Positions 1 through 8,029 of a stretch of 43,643 nt of DNA are shown in pieces. Position 1 is the first letter of the stretch; the number at the start of each line of letters is the position of its first letter. The DNA comes from a virus: positions 1 to 43,643 of the IMG/VR virus record IMGVR_UViG_3300045988_017927. One strand, 5' to 3'. The position numbers were made by a program, and so were the translations under genes. Below the pieces are notes generated by a model. That model saw nothing but the letters and a program-made list of their open reading frames with translations, was not told the DNA's origin and did no database searches.

Positions 1-94
1 TCCAATCAATGCGCCTTTCTTAGCCCAGTTAGCCAAATTTTCAGCTTGCTGGCGCCAGATAACACAGTTAATAAAGTCTGTTTCACGTTCACCA
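1..94. repeat. Direct terminal repeat copy A (identical to 43550..43643); circular-closure overlap of a complete phage genome
   Basis: Base-by-base comparison shows 1..94 equals 43550..43643. The repeat lies inside the ssb reading frame. Confidence 0.95.
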
Positions 95-216
95 TTAGCG
101 TCCTTGAAATTACGGTTAACCGCAAGGCTGAACGTAGCTACTGCGATGTTATTACCAGTGTATTTTAGTTCTGGGTCTCTTGTTAATCTTCCAACAAGAC
201 AGACTGAATTAATCAT
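1..216 (-). CDS. ssb: Single-stranded DNA-binding protein, N-terminal OB-fold part. The full gene is 43262..43643 joined to 95..216 (504 nt, 167 aa).
   Basis: Manual translation from the ATG at 216 gives [72 protein letters not shown]. This joins in frame to the ORF at the other window end. Confidence 0.85.
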   Translation of the reverse strand, partial: MINSVCLVGRLTRDPELKYTGNNIAVATFSLAVNRNFKDANGERETDFINCVIWRQQAENLANWAKKGALIG

Positions 217-233
217 TTGTTTTTCCTTTCTCT

Positions 234-1070
234 TTATTCACGATTTAAGAAATCGTCCAGTGTTAGAACCTCATGTAGTTTCTTTTGAGACTTGCAATAA
301 TCACAATGTCCACATTTTTTAGGTTCTTCATTTCCGAGTGCTACTTGATACACTCTGGGAGCGTGCTCTGTAATGTATTTAAGTCCTTCGTCCAACCATT
401 CCTCGGTTAATTCAATGATTTCCTTATCCGGCTGTTTCTCTTTTGAGGCGGCCACGATAAACGGCTTGAATGTTGGGTAATCCATTTGGCGTAGCAATTC
501 TAGGTAAGTCCCTAGCTGGACATGGTATTGAAACCCTAGAATGTTATTGACGGCAGTTGGCACTTTGGTACGCAATTCCTCTGACCATTCCTTAGCCCAG
601 ATAGATTTCATGGTCTTTAAATCGACCACATAGCCTTTTGAAAAATTGATACTATCCAATTTGCCCTTGAATGGCACTCCAGCGATAAAACCAGTAACAA
701 TCTTTTCTTTTTCAACCTTGTCACCTTTTTTGCCGTGATAAAGATTATTGAATAGCGTGTCATCTTTAAGTGTGTCGATAACCTTCTCAGCTAACTTGAA
801 ATCAGATAACAGCCCATAAGGTTTGCGGCTTGAGAACATAGCTTTTTTGTTATCTTCTTTGAATTTCTCGTGTGCTTCCTCACTCTCGAAATAGCTATGG
901 ACATAGTTTCCAAACAGTAGAGGTTTTTGATCTCGTTCGTCATCCCAAATACCATCATCGATAGCTTTAGCTCTAGCCTCGCATTTCATGTATTCCTTGA
1001 AACGACTTACAGACATATAGGTTTTGTCAGAATAATAATTATCATCCGTCAAGATTGTTAGTTCAGTCAT
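234..1070 (-). CDS. PD-(D/E)XK (RecB/Cas4-like) exonuclease, recombination partner of RecT
   Basis: Motifs GNYVHSY, KLDSIN, VVDLKT and QYHVQLGTY. One N-terminal Cys (KCEAR) plus a C-terminal CGHCDYC. Overlaps the recT stop. Confidence 0.65.
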   Translation of the reverse strand: MTELTILTDDNYYSDKTYMSVSRFKEYMKCEARAKAIDDGIWDDERDQKPLLFGNYVHSYFESEEAHEKFKEDNKKAMFSSRKPYGLLSDFKLAEKVIDTLKDDTLFNNLYHGKKGDKVEKEKIVTGFIAGVPFKGKLDSINFSKGYVVDLKTMKSIWAKEWSEELRTKVPTAVNNILGFQYHVQLGTYLELLRQMDYPTFKPFIVAASKEKQPDKEIIELTEEWLDEGLKYITEHAPRVYQVALGNEEPKKCGHCDYCKSQKKLHEVLTLDDFLNRE

Positions 1071-1890
1071 TTTCTACCTCTTTGATTTTGGTTGAATCAC
1101 CTTCGAACAAGCTGACTTCTTCGATGATTTCACCAGTTTCAGAATCTACGTTTTTATCCGTTTCTGGTTCATCACTCATAAGGTCGCCCAAAAGTGTCTG
1201 GGTGTCCTCGTTTTTTGGTGTAACATCGATAGGGTCAGCCTTAACTTCCTCAGTTTGATTATCTGAGATAAGGCCCTCTTGCATTTCTGTTGATAGAGGG
1301 GCATATTTGCTCAAAATGCTCTTGAGTACGGTTTTTTGAGCCATAGCGTCAAAATCTGTTGACCATGGCCCTCTTGCGTAAGTCTTTGAAAAGCGTTTAC
1401 CGTGTGATTCCGCTTGTTCTTTCGTCCAGAATGTCAGCTTTTTAAAGCCGTTTACAAGCTCGAAGGTTGCAAAATAGCCATATACTTCATCTTCTGGTTG
1501 GGTGAAATCAATATCCAATGTTTCAAATAGTGGGTCATACGATTTGAATTGTGCTTTATAAACCTTGCCGGAATTAATAGCCTTAAACTGACCGGAGCGG
1601 ATAGCTAGCTGGATAAGTCCTTTGTACCCTAATTGAAATTGTGCATCTTGCTTGTATGGCACGATATAAGCAAAACCCAAACTTGGCTCAATAGGTAGAT
1701 TTAGTACCGCTGCTTTCATTGCTGCCGTCATGATTGATGTATTACTAGCTCTTGCTAGTAGGTTGTTATTGTTTACGATTGACAATAGACTGGCCGTAAA
1801 TTGTCGTTCATTGCCGTTCAACACCTCTTGGAATTTCTGTTTGACTGCTGGTGTGTTGAAAAAATCTTTGTGTGCAAGTTGATTCGTCAT
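1063..1890 (-). CDS. recT: RecT-family single-strand annealing protein
   Basis: RecT-like core FAYIVPYKQDAQFQLGYKGLIQLAIRSGQFKAI with an acidic C-terminal tail. Sits between the loader and the nuclease. Confidence 0.8.
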   Translation of the reverse strand: MTNQLAHKDFFNTPAVKQKFQEVLNGNERQFTASLLSIVNNNNLLARASNTSIMTAAMKAAVLNLPIEPSLGFAYIVPYKQDAQFQLGYKGLIQLAIRSGQFKAINSGKVYKAQFKSYDPLFETLDIDFTQPEDEVYGYFATFELVNGFKKLTFWTKEQAESHGKRFSKTYARGPWSTDFDAMAQKTVLKSILSKYAPLSTEMQEGLISDNQTEEVKADPIDVTPKNEDTQTLLGDLMSDEPETDKNVDSETGEIIEEVSLFEGDSTKIKEVEND

Positions 1891-2025
1891 ACTTTTGTCT
1901 TCCTTTTTGTTTTAAATGCCCTTATTTCGCATTTTAAGGGGGTATAGTGCGATTTTAACGGTGTCTTAGTCAATTTATACCACCGAGCAAAACACACGCC
2001 TTAAAATCGATTTTAGAGGGGTTTT

Positions 2026-2208
2026 CTAGTGTGCGCTAAAAATCTGCGTTGATTTCTTAGCAAAATACATATATTCGTTGATTTTGCTGATAAACGAGTA
2101 TAAATCTAGCTCATCCATCATTTTCTGTTTGTGCCCCTCTGAAAACACAAGTCCATGAATACGCTCGTAGTCTTCAAAGAGTTTTAGTTTAACTTCCGTT
2201 TCTGTCAA
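2026..2208 (-). CDS. Hypothetical small early protein
   Basis: 60-aa ORF whose start overlaps the stop of the upstream loader gene. No recognisable motif. Confidence 0.4.
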   Translation of the reverse strand: MTETEVKLKLFEDYERIHGLVFSEGHKQKMMDELDLYSFISKINEYMYFAKKSTQIFSAH

Positions 2209-2996
2209 AGCATCATCCTCTTGTCTTGTTGCGTTTTGAATTGATAAACATGTTCGTTCGTCGTTCCAAGTCCTGTCTTCTTGAAAACCCTCGAATAGAC
2301 ACGTTTCCCATAAGTGCCCATGATGTCCCGTGGACTTAGGTTAGTAGTAACGATAGTCTTGGTACGTTTGTTCAAAATGCTGTACAAGATACCGTTAGAC
2401 CACTCTGTCACTTTTTCAGTGCCTAAATCGTCGAGCACTAGCCATTCAGCTTCCGAAATGCGTCTGATGTATTCGGCTTCAAGGCTGAAGTCCTCTTTGA
2501 TTTTCGCTAATAGGTCAACCACGTTGATGAATAGCCCCATCTTTTTCGTGTGATCAGACAAAGCTTTAAGCGTTGAATATGCTAGGTGGCTTTTGCCCAC
2601 TCCAGTATCGCCAATCAAAACAATGTTGTAGTCTTGACCGTCCAGGTAACCTTTAAGTTGGCTTCTAACATTTTTTAAGTCTTCTTTCTGTTCTCTGGTT
2701 ACTGCCTTGTAATTGTCAAAGCTAGCATTCTTCAAATCGTCATCCAGCAAACTGAAATCTTTGAGAAAGTACAAGCGTTTCTGTTCTTGTTCTCGTTCGT
2801 ACTGCTCTTGTGCTTTGATAGCATTCTGTTGATCTTGTTCTTCCCTGTGGCAAAGCTCACACACTGTGTAGGGTTTTGAGTTCGGAAACTGAATTGTGAC
2901 ATAGTGCCGTTTATGTTTCTCGCAGTATTTATCGCTAACCGTCATATACTGCCTTCGCATTTGCTTAGCTGTGCTTTCTAAACTCATAAGCATCAC
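2205..2996 (-). CDS. DnaC/DnaI/IstB-like AAA+ helicase loader
   Basis: Walker A GDTGVGKSHL and Walker B LVLDDLGTE. N-terminal Cys/His pairs (CEKHKRH...CELCH). Follows the replisome organizer. Confidence 0.75.
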   Translation of the reverse strand: MMLMSLESTAKQMRRQYMTVSDKYCEKHKRHYVTIQFPNSKPYTVCELCHREEQDQQNAIKAQEQYEREQEQKRLYFLKDFSLLDDDLKNASFDNYKAVTREQKEDLKNVRSQLKGYLDGQDYNIVLIGDTGVGKSHLAYSTLKALSDHTKKMGLFINVVDLLAKIKEDFSLEAEYIRRISEAEWLVLDDLGTEKVTEWSNGILYSILNKRTKTIVTTNLSPRDIMGTYGKRVYSRVFKKTGLGTTNEHVYQFKTQQDKRMML

Positions 2997-2998
2997 CT

Positions 2999-3778
2999 CT
3001 AATATTTGCTACAAGCTGGACCAAATTTAACTGGTTGGTCATCAAAGCTTTTACGACTGTCAAATTGGCGTTGTTCTTCATCTTGCTGAGCAACTGTATG
3101 AATCCCGTTTTGTGCCCAAGCTTTTAAAATAGAGTTGACATAGCCAAATGAGCGTTTTGAGTTGTCGGCAGCTCTATCTATGGCACGTTTGACTAACATA
3201 ATTTCTAACTTATCGAAATCGATATAACCTTTTAGTTTTTCCATTTGGTATCCGTCAATAGGTCCGATTCGTTCTTGATAATGTCTGAAAATATTAAAAT
3301 CTGATTGGTCATCAGCAGCAGAAGAAGAAAATTGACTAATTTCTGATGTTTCATCCTCTCTACTGTTAGATTTACTTAAATTAGATTTACTTATATTATC
3401 TTTACTTATATTGGGTAAACCAGTGGTTTCCGTTTGGTTTACCAGTGGTTTACCAGTGGTTTCATCGGTGTTTTCCTCTAGTAACTCTTTGTAAATACTA
3501 GGAACATACCTGTCTTTTCTGACCGTGTTTTGTTCGTGAAAATCAACCACGAAATAGACCATTTCATCATTAAGAGGTTTCACGAATTGTTTGATAACTA
3601 AAAGCCCTAGATTATCCTCGTTAGCCCCTATCATTCTGAGGATAGGGAACGCTTCCACCACTCCATCATCGTCGCAATTTTGGATAAGATGGAAATAAAG
3701 AGCTTGAGTTTCTAGCGGCAAGCGTAGAAAACGATGTGTTTGAGTTACGGTTTTACTTATCATCCTACGGTTTCCCAT
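2999..3778 (-). CDS. Phage replisome organizer with C-terminal DnaD/DnaB_2 domain
   Basis: N-terminus RFLRLPLETQALYFHLIQNCDDDG and C-terminus FGYVNSILKAWAQNGIHT, typical of the DnaD-like domain. RBS GGAGG. Confidence 0.75.
   Translation of the reverse strand: MGNRRMISKTVTQTHRFLRLPLETQALYFHLIQNCDDDGVVEAFPILRMIGANEDNLGLLVIKQFVKPLNDEMVYFVVDFHEQNTVRKDRYVPSIYKELLEENTDETTGKPLVNQTETTGLPNISKDNISKSNLSKSNSREDETSEISQFSSSAADDQSDFNIFRHYQERIGPIDGYQMEKLKGYIDFDKLEIMLVKRAIDRAADNSKRSFGYVNSILKAWAQNGIHTVAQQDEEQRQFDSRKSFDDQPVKFGPACSKY
3368..3462. repeat. Iteron cluster inside the replisome organizer gene (candidate ori)
   Basis: ACCAGTGGTTT at 3419, 3441 and 3452 (last two tandem) plus a partial copy at 3430. 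Three copies of (A/C)TTTACTTA at 3368-3410. Confidence 0.55.
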
Positions 3779-3854
3779 TTGAACCTCCTGGTATAGTATT
3801 TCTGATTATCTGCCATAATTAATGCCTACCCTCCCACCACTGCTAATTATTTAA

Positions 3855-5750
3855 TTACTTGTCTTCTTTGCCGTTGTACTTCTTGAAGCTCAATCCCAAA
3901 GTTGTGATACCAGCAGCAATTACTACCAATCCCAAAGTGCTAGCGATACCTTCTTTCTCACCAGTGTTTGGAAGAGTGCCACCGTAAACGGGTGTATTTA
4001 CCGCCTCTTTTGGCTCAGAATCGAGTTTATAAGATACTGTGGTAGATTGTGCCACTTTGTTATTAGGACGCTCTACGCTCGTTTTAGGGGCTTTTTCTGG
4101 TGTTGGTTTAGTTGGCTCTGCTGGAATTTCAAGCTCTGGCAAATCCAAGATAGGTGCGTCGTTTGGAATTACTCCACCCTCGAATGGTGGGAGTTCTCGC
4201 ACCTCTGGGATTCCCGGAATACCGCCTTGGAATTCTGGTTTATAATGAATAGGCGCTTCATTTGGTACTGTGCCACCGTTCCATTCTGGCTTGTCGTAAA
4301 CTGGAGCTTCATTTGGCACTGTGCCGATTGGCTCAGTGTATTCTGGAATTTCAACCACTGGTGGGTCAATAGGGACTACACCGCCTTCAAATTCCGGTTT
4401 TTCATACTTCGGAGCGTCGTTTGGTACAGTTCCAATCGGTTCGGTATACTCCGGCAACTCACGGACTTCCGGAATGCCAGGGATACCACCCTCAAATTCT
4501 GGGATGTCAACTTTTGGAGCTTCACGGGGGATTTCAAACGTTGGCTCCGGCTTATTCTCACCAGACGCATCACCCCGACCGCCTACGAGCTGAATTTTTT
4601 GGTATGCAACAGAACCATCATTTTCAGCTTTCAATTCAATCTTGTTAGTAGGGTTAGTTGAGTCCTTAACAGCATTTACAAGCTTAGTCTTGTAGTACAA
4701 GTAAATCATGTGGTCTAGTCTATCCATTCTGATTTCAAAACCATGCTCAGATTTTGAGATAGACTTAACTAAGTCCATAGATGAACCTTTGTCAATCCAA
4801 GGGTCTAAACTTTCAATGTTCTTGATTTCAAAGTAGTTATCAACAAGCTTTTGGTTTTCTGACATCTCGTCAATGATTGATACATAGTTTAGTACTCGTT
4901 TTGCATAGTTAACACGAGCAGTCCAATTAATAACAGTAGGGTCTTCTTTGTCTTGGAATCCCCACTTTGTGATAAGTTCATCTTTACCGATGACTCCCTC
5001 ATTACCAACATTAGCTGTTACCACAGTGCCGTTAAAGTTGACATTTACTGGCTTCCCTGCCACAACTTTATCTGTCCAACTTGCATCAAGTTTTAGACTC
5101 ATGCTCTTATTTAGAGGATGTGACTTAAAGTAGTCGTTGAATACAGTGGTTACTTTGTTAGTGGTAGCATCCGCTGTAGCTTTACCAACGACTGCCTTCT
5201 CTGGATTGTGTACATCAAACTCGTAAGAGGTTTGGAATTTCACTTCTTCGGGCAAGTCAAAAGTAACTTTGTCCCCCTCGTTAACCGGCACATTGTCTGG
5301 AATTTGAATATCTTTGTATTCAACTTCGAATGGTGAGTATTTACCATTGCCGTTAGGGAAGGTAACCTCAACGTTAGGGTTTTCGACTGTGATAGTGTCC
5401 CCCGCTTTAGTCACTGTAGTAGGTGCTGCTTCGACTGGTTGAGCTGCTTCTGTAGTTGTTGTTGGAGTTTCTGCAATAGGTTGTGCTTCTACTGGAGCTG
5501 GTGGAGTAAATACTGGTGTTTCCGCTACTGTTTCACTTGGTGTTACTGTAACATTCCCAGCATTGTCAGCGGTATAGACATTAGCGGCAGTTGGTTGTGT
5601 GTCTGCTACTGGTTGAGTGGTTTCGTCTGCTGATACTGCCCCAGCTCCAATCAATAGAGCTATAGCTAGCGCCAATGTGCCACAAAGCCCATAGGCTTTT
5701 GATTTAGTAAAAGATGGTTTAGCGACTGTTTGAGTGTTAAAAGATTTCAT
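3855..5750 (-). CDS. LPXTG-anchored surface adhesin (MSCRAMM / collagen-binding-like A domain plus proline-rich repeats)
   Basis: Start chosen at MKSFNTQ (AAGGAG RBS 8 nt upstream). Signal peptide ends ...GAVSADE. Beta-rich A region includes INWTARVNY. Repeats of type PEFEGG..P..APxYxKPE. C-terminal LPNTG, then a hydrophobic stretch, then KKYNGKEDK. Confidence 0.85.
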   Translation of the reverse strand: MKSFNTQTVAKPSFTKSKAYGLCGTLALAIALLIGAGAVSADETTQPVADTQPTAANVYTADNAGNVTVTPSETVAETPVFTPPAPVEAQPIAETPTTTTEAAQPVEAAPTTVTKAGDTITVENPNVEVTFPNGNGKYSPFEVEYKDIQIPDNVPVNEGDKVTFDLPEEVKFQTSYEFDVHNPEKAVVGKATADATTNKVTTVFNDYFKSHPLNKSMSLKLDASWTDKVVAGKPVNVNFNGTVVTANVGNEGVIGKDELITKWGFQDKEDPTVINWTARVNYAKRVLNYVSIIDEMSENQKLVDNYFEIKNIESLDPWIDKGSSMDLVKSISKSEHGFEIRMDRLDHMIYLYYKTKLVNAVKDSTNPTNKIELKAENDGSVAYQKIQLVGGRGDASGENKPEPTFEIPREAPKVDIPEFEGGIPGIPEVRELPEYTEPIGTVPNDAPKYEKPEFEGGVVPIDPPVVEIPEYTEPIGTVPNEAPVYDKPEWNGGTVPNEAPIHYKPEFQGGIPGIPEVRELPPFEGGVIPNDAPILDLPELEIPAEPTKPTPEKAPKTSVERPNNKVAQSTTVSYKLDSEPKEAVNTPVYGGTLPNTGEKEGIASTLGLVVIAAGITTLGLSFKKYNGKEDK

Positions 5751-5964
5751 GGTATAATCTCCTTGTAAATGTTTTTTTCTTGCGCAGGCCCTCACCTGTG
5801 CTTTTTTAGTGCTCTCAACGTGCACCCACAACCTCGCCGCTTTGTAAATATGTTTTTTTAGAAAGATTTTTGTGTGGGTAGTAAAGTGTTAATTTTTTGG
5901 GGAAAATTATGGGTATAAGATGCACTCCACGACGAGGTCATGGCTGCACGCTGAAATATTGACG

Positions 5965-6084
5965 TTATTTGCTATATTTCTGTTTAAGTCGTTCTTGTTT
6001 TTCCTCTGGGGTTTCAACCCATTCAAAGAACGGCTCTGGTTGTTTGGGTTTCTTTCTGTTTAGCAATTTCTTTAGTAGTTTCAT
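5965..6084 (-). CDS. Small basic ORF (39 aa), hypothetical
   Basis: Manual translation MKLLKKLLNRKKPKQPEPFFEWVETPEEKQERLKQKYSK. The ATG lies 4 nt after the stop of the upstream small ORF. Confidence 0.3.
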   Translation of the reverse strand: MKLLKKLLNRKKPKQPEPFFEWVETPEEKQERLKQKYSK

Positions 6085-6087
6085 GAG

Positions 6088-6231
6088 TTACCCCACAAGT
6101 TGGTCTTCTGGCAAGCCATGATCTAGGTTGTAACGTCTGGCCTTAGCTGTGTAAGATTCCCATCGTGGGACTACGTAAGTTTCAGTTTCTTGCTTTTTGT
6201 TTGACCAAATCCATCCGAATAATTTTTTCAT
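6088..6231 (-). CDS. Small ORF (47 aa), hypothetical
   Basis: Manual translation MKKLFGWIWSNKKQETETYVVPRWESYTAKARRYNLDHGLPEDQLVG. RBS AAAGGAA 6 nt upstream. Confidence 0.35.
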   Translation of the reverse strand: MKKLFGWIWSNKKQETETYVVPRWESYTAKARRYNLDHGLPEDQLVG

Positions 6232-6256
6232 TGTTAATTCCTTTCTTATTCCCTAA

Positions 6257-6284
6257 CCGCACTAGAGAACTAGTGAGGTTTTTT
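6257..6284 (+). terminator. Plus-strand intrinsic terminator inside the minus-strand early operon
   Basis: CCGCACTAG-agaa-CTAGTGAGG stem (one mismatch) followed by TTTTTT on the plus strand only. Confidence 0.5.
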
Positions 6285-6391
6285 AATTCATATATATTTA
6301 AGGAGACTTATGAATGTCAAATCGTTGTTGCTTACTTAGTTGGTATCGTTCAGTTTCCTCACTAGCTCACTGCTACGGCTAGGGGTATGTG

Positions 6392-6673
6392 CTAGGCAAT
6401 CTCTTGCCAGTTATTGTTAAACCAATCTCTTACGGGGTCCCGTGGGTATCTGATTTGTGACCCACGCCCTTTGTCGATTTTAGGGAAGCCGTCTAAGTTG
6501 GTTATCCGTAAAAATTCTGTGTAGTTGCCAATTCCAAGCATCGACTGGCACTGTTTAGCAGTTAAAATCATGGGTAGCGTTTCGTCTAAATCAAACGCTT
6601 TTGTTTTATCTGCTATCACTGCCGTTAACATGCTGTTAAATTGGTCAGCTAGTGGTTTGAATGGGTCGTTCAT
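6392..6673 (-). CDS. Excisionase/MerR-type HTH (HTH_17-like) DNA-binding protein, Xis candidate
   Basis: LTAKQCQSMLGIGNYTEFLRITNLDGFPKIDKGRGSQIRYPRDPVRDWF matches the excisionase-family winged HTH pattern. Confidence 0.5.
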   Translation of the reverse strand: MNDPFKPLADQFNSMLTAVIADKTKAFDLDETLPMILTAKQCQSMLGIGNYTEFLRITNLDGFPKIDKGRGSQIRYPRDPVRDWFNNNWQEIA

Positions 6674-6688
6674 GATACACCCCCCTTC

Positions 6689-7414
6689 CTATCCTGGCAA
6701 ATACTCTTGGTTAAGAAATTTGTTGATGAAATACTGCTGACCCTTGCCAGTGACCTTAGTCGTAGTGTTGACTGTGGTGTGACCGTCAGCGTGGTTGATA
6801 TTGGTCTTCTTGAGTTCAAACAGACCTAGTTGCATACTTTTCTGCGTTGGTTGATTCCAAGAATCCCCACGGCGACTAATTAGATAGCCGTTAGAGCGTA
6901 GCCACTGAAAGAGTTTGTTTTGACCGATATCAATCCCATTCTGTTTCAAGATTTTAGCCAGCTCACCAATTAGACAAGATGACTTACTAGCACTCACTGC
7001 GTCAGCAAACAGCACCTTAGGACGGTCAGCTTCAATTTGTGCTTCTAGCTTATGGACTTTCTTATCAGCCATGAGCAATGCTCTTGCCATGATTTTCTCT
7101 GGACTATTGAAGTCTTTTTCTACTTGGATGAAGTAGGTTCGGACTTCTTTGCCTTTGTCTGTTCGCTGAATCATTGCGATTTCTTTTGCCATGTCTAGCT
7201 TGATGATGTGGTCGACTTTGTTGTGTCCACCCCGTCCTGTTTGCTGCTCATTTTTGAGAAGCAAAAAATCTTGATTTTCTGTGAAGCCATAGTCAATCAT
7301 TCGATTGAACCAGTCGGCATATTTTGTTTTGACTCCCAAAGCCTCGTGTAATTGTCTACCAGAAACAACTGGCTCATGGTTTTCATTTAGTGTTACATTA
7401 ATTAACTTGTTCAT
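6689..7414 (-). CDS. Phage antirepressor (N-terminal Ant/pRha-like domain plus C-terminal KilAC domain)
   Basis: N-terminus VSGRQLHEALGVKTKYADWFNRMIDYGFTENQDF. C-terminus ADAVSASKSSCLIGELAKILKQNGIDIGQNKLFQWLR, typical of KilAC. Confidence 0.75.
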   Translation of the reverse strand: MNKLINVTLNENHEPVVSGRQLHEALGVKTKYADWFNRMIDYGFTENQDFLLLKNEQQTGRGGHNKVDHIIKLDMAKEIAMIQRTDKGKEVRTYFIQVEKDFNSPEKIMARALLMADKKVHKLEAQIEADRPKVLFADAVSASKSSCLIGELAKILKQNGIDIGQNKLFQWLRSNGYLISRRGDSWNQPTQKSMQLGLFELKKTNINHADGHTTVNTTTKVTGKGQQYFINKFLNQEYLPG

Positions 7415-7620
7415 TGTTTATTCCTTTCTAAATTAGCTTTGTTAGCTAATACTTTTTCTTTTAAAACATTAAGACCGAATGGATCTTCTTTGATTTCCAA
7501 GCAGGTTTTTTCAATCTGTTCAGCTTGGTTGAAAAGCATTTCACGGTCTTTGTTTCTTTCCTTGAGTTCTGCGTCGATAGACTCAAGGGTTTTTGCGATG
7601 CGTTCTAATATTTCGTTCAT
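7411..7620 (-). CDS. Small coiled-coil early protein (69 aa)
   Basis: Start moved to MNEILERIAK (RBS AAAGGAAC). The longer N-terminal extension in the ORF track lacks an RBS and overlaps the plus-strand gene. Confidence 0.45.
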   Translation of the reverse strand: MNEILERIAKTLESIDAELKERNKDREMLFNQAEQIEKTCLEIKEDPFGLNVLKEKVLANKANLERNKQ

Positions 7621-7638
7621 TTTGTTCCTTTCTATTTT

Positions 7639-7647
7639 TGATATAAT
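7639..7647 (+). promoter_or_regulatory. Extended -10 promoter element TGATATAAT for the opposite-strand gene
   Basis: TGnTATAAT at 7639-7647. GGAG RBS at 7665-7668. GTG start at 7676. Confidence 0.5.
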
Positions 7648-7675
7648 AGTTTTAAAAAATAATTGGAGTTTTATT

Positions 7676-8029
7676 GTGGAAGTTCTATCAAACAAAGCGC
7701 ATTGCTTAATCAAAACATTTATTAAAATTCGGAAATCTAACAAACGAGGTCGAATTTACTATCAAGACAATCAAGAATTACTTGATAACAATCGCATTTT
7801 TGTCCAAGAACTTTGTGACAAAGGCTTATGCGTCAAAGACGTTTCTGGCGACGTAGGTCTCACGGAGAAAGGTCTTTATTATCTGCCAGAACACAAAGCA
7901 TTCATGGATCGGACGCTATTAACTTCTTTATGGCTTCCATTCATAGTTTCTATTCTAGGAACATCTTTTACCTTGTTTCTTAATTATTTGATAAAACTTG
8001 TGATAGGCTTAATCAACTGTAAAGGGTAA
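7676..8029 (+). CDS. Opposite-strand (lysogeny-orientation) 117-aa protein with C-terminal transmembrane segment; function unknown
   Basis: GTG start 7 nt after GGAG. It fills a gap that has no credible minus-strand ORF. C-terminal hydrophobic stretch LLTSLWLPFIVSILGTSFTLFLNYLIKLVIGLI. Confidence 0.5.
   Translation: MEVLSNKAHCLIKTFIKIRKSNKRGRIYYQDNQELLDNNRIFVQELCDKGLCVKDVSGDVGLTEKGLYYLPEHKAFMDRTLLTSLWLPFIVSILGTSFTLFLNYLIKLVIGLINCKG

Noticed and set aside
104-322. Plus-strand 72-aa ORF at the window start
   Set aside because: It is antisense to the ssb N-terminus and the nuclease gene end, and has no RBS.
4569-4577. RGD tripeptide (GGRGDASG) in the adhesin as an integrin-binding motif
   Set aside because: A tripeptide is expected by chance in a 631-aa protein. 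There is no supporting context, so it is noted but not claimed.
4039-4661. Plus- and minus-strand ORFs overlapping the proline-rich repeat region of the adhesin (4047..4661 204 aa, 4321..4593, 4169..4369 and others)
   Set aside because: These are repeat-driven open frames. Their translations are Trp/Phe/Ser-rich nonsense, and the LPXTG protein frame explains the region.
5751-5831. 27-codon N-terminal extension of the adhesin ORF (MWVHVESTKKAQVRACARKKHLQGDYT)
   Set aside because: It has no RBS. The internal ATG at 5750 has a consensus AAGGAG and is followed directly by a signal peptide.
7621-7743. N-terminal extension of the 110-aa minus-strand ORF 7411..7743
   Set aside because: Its sequence is junk-like and has no RBS. 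The internal start at 7620 has one, and the extension collides with the better-supported plus-strand gene and its promoter.
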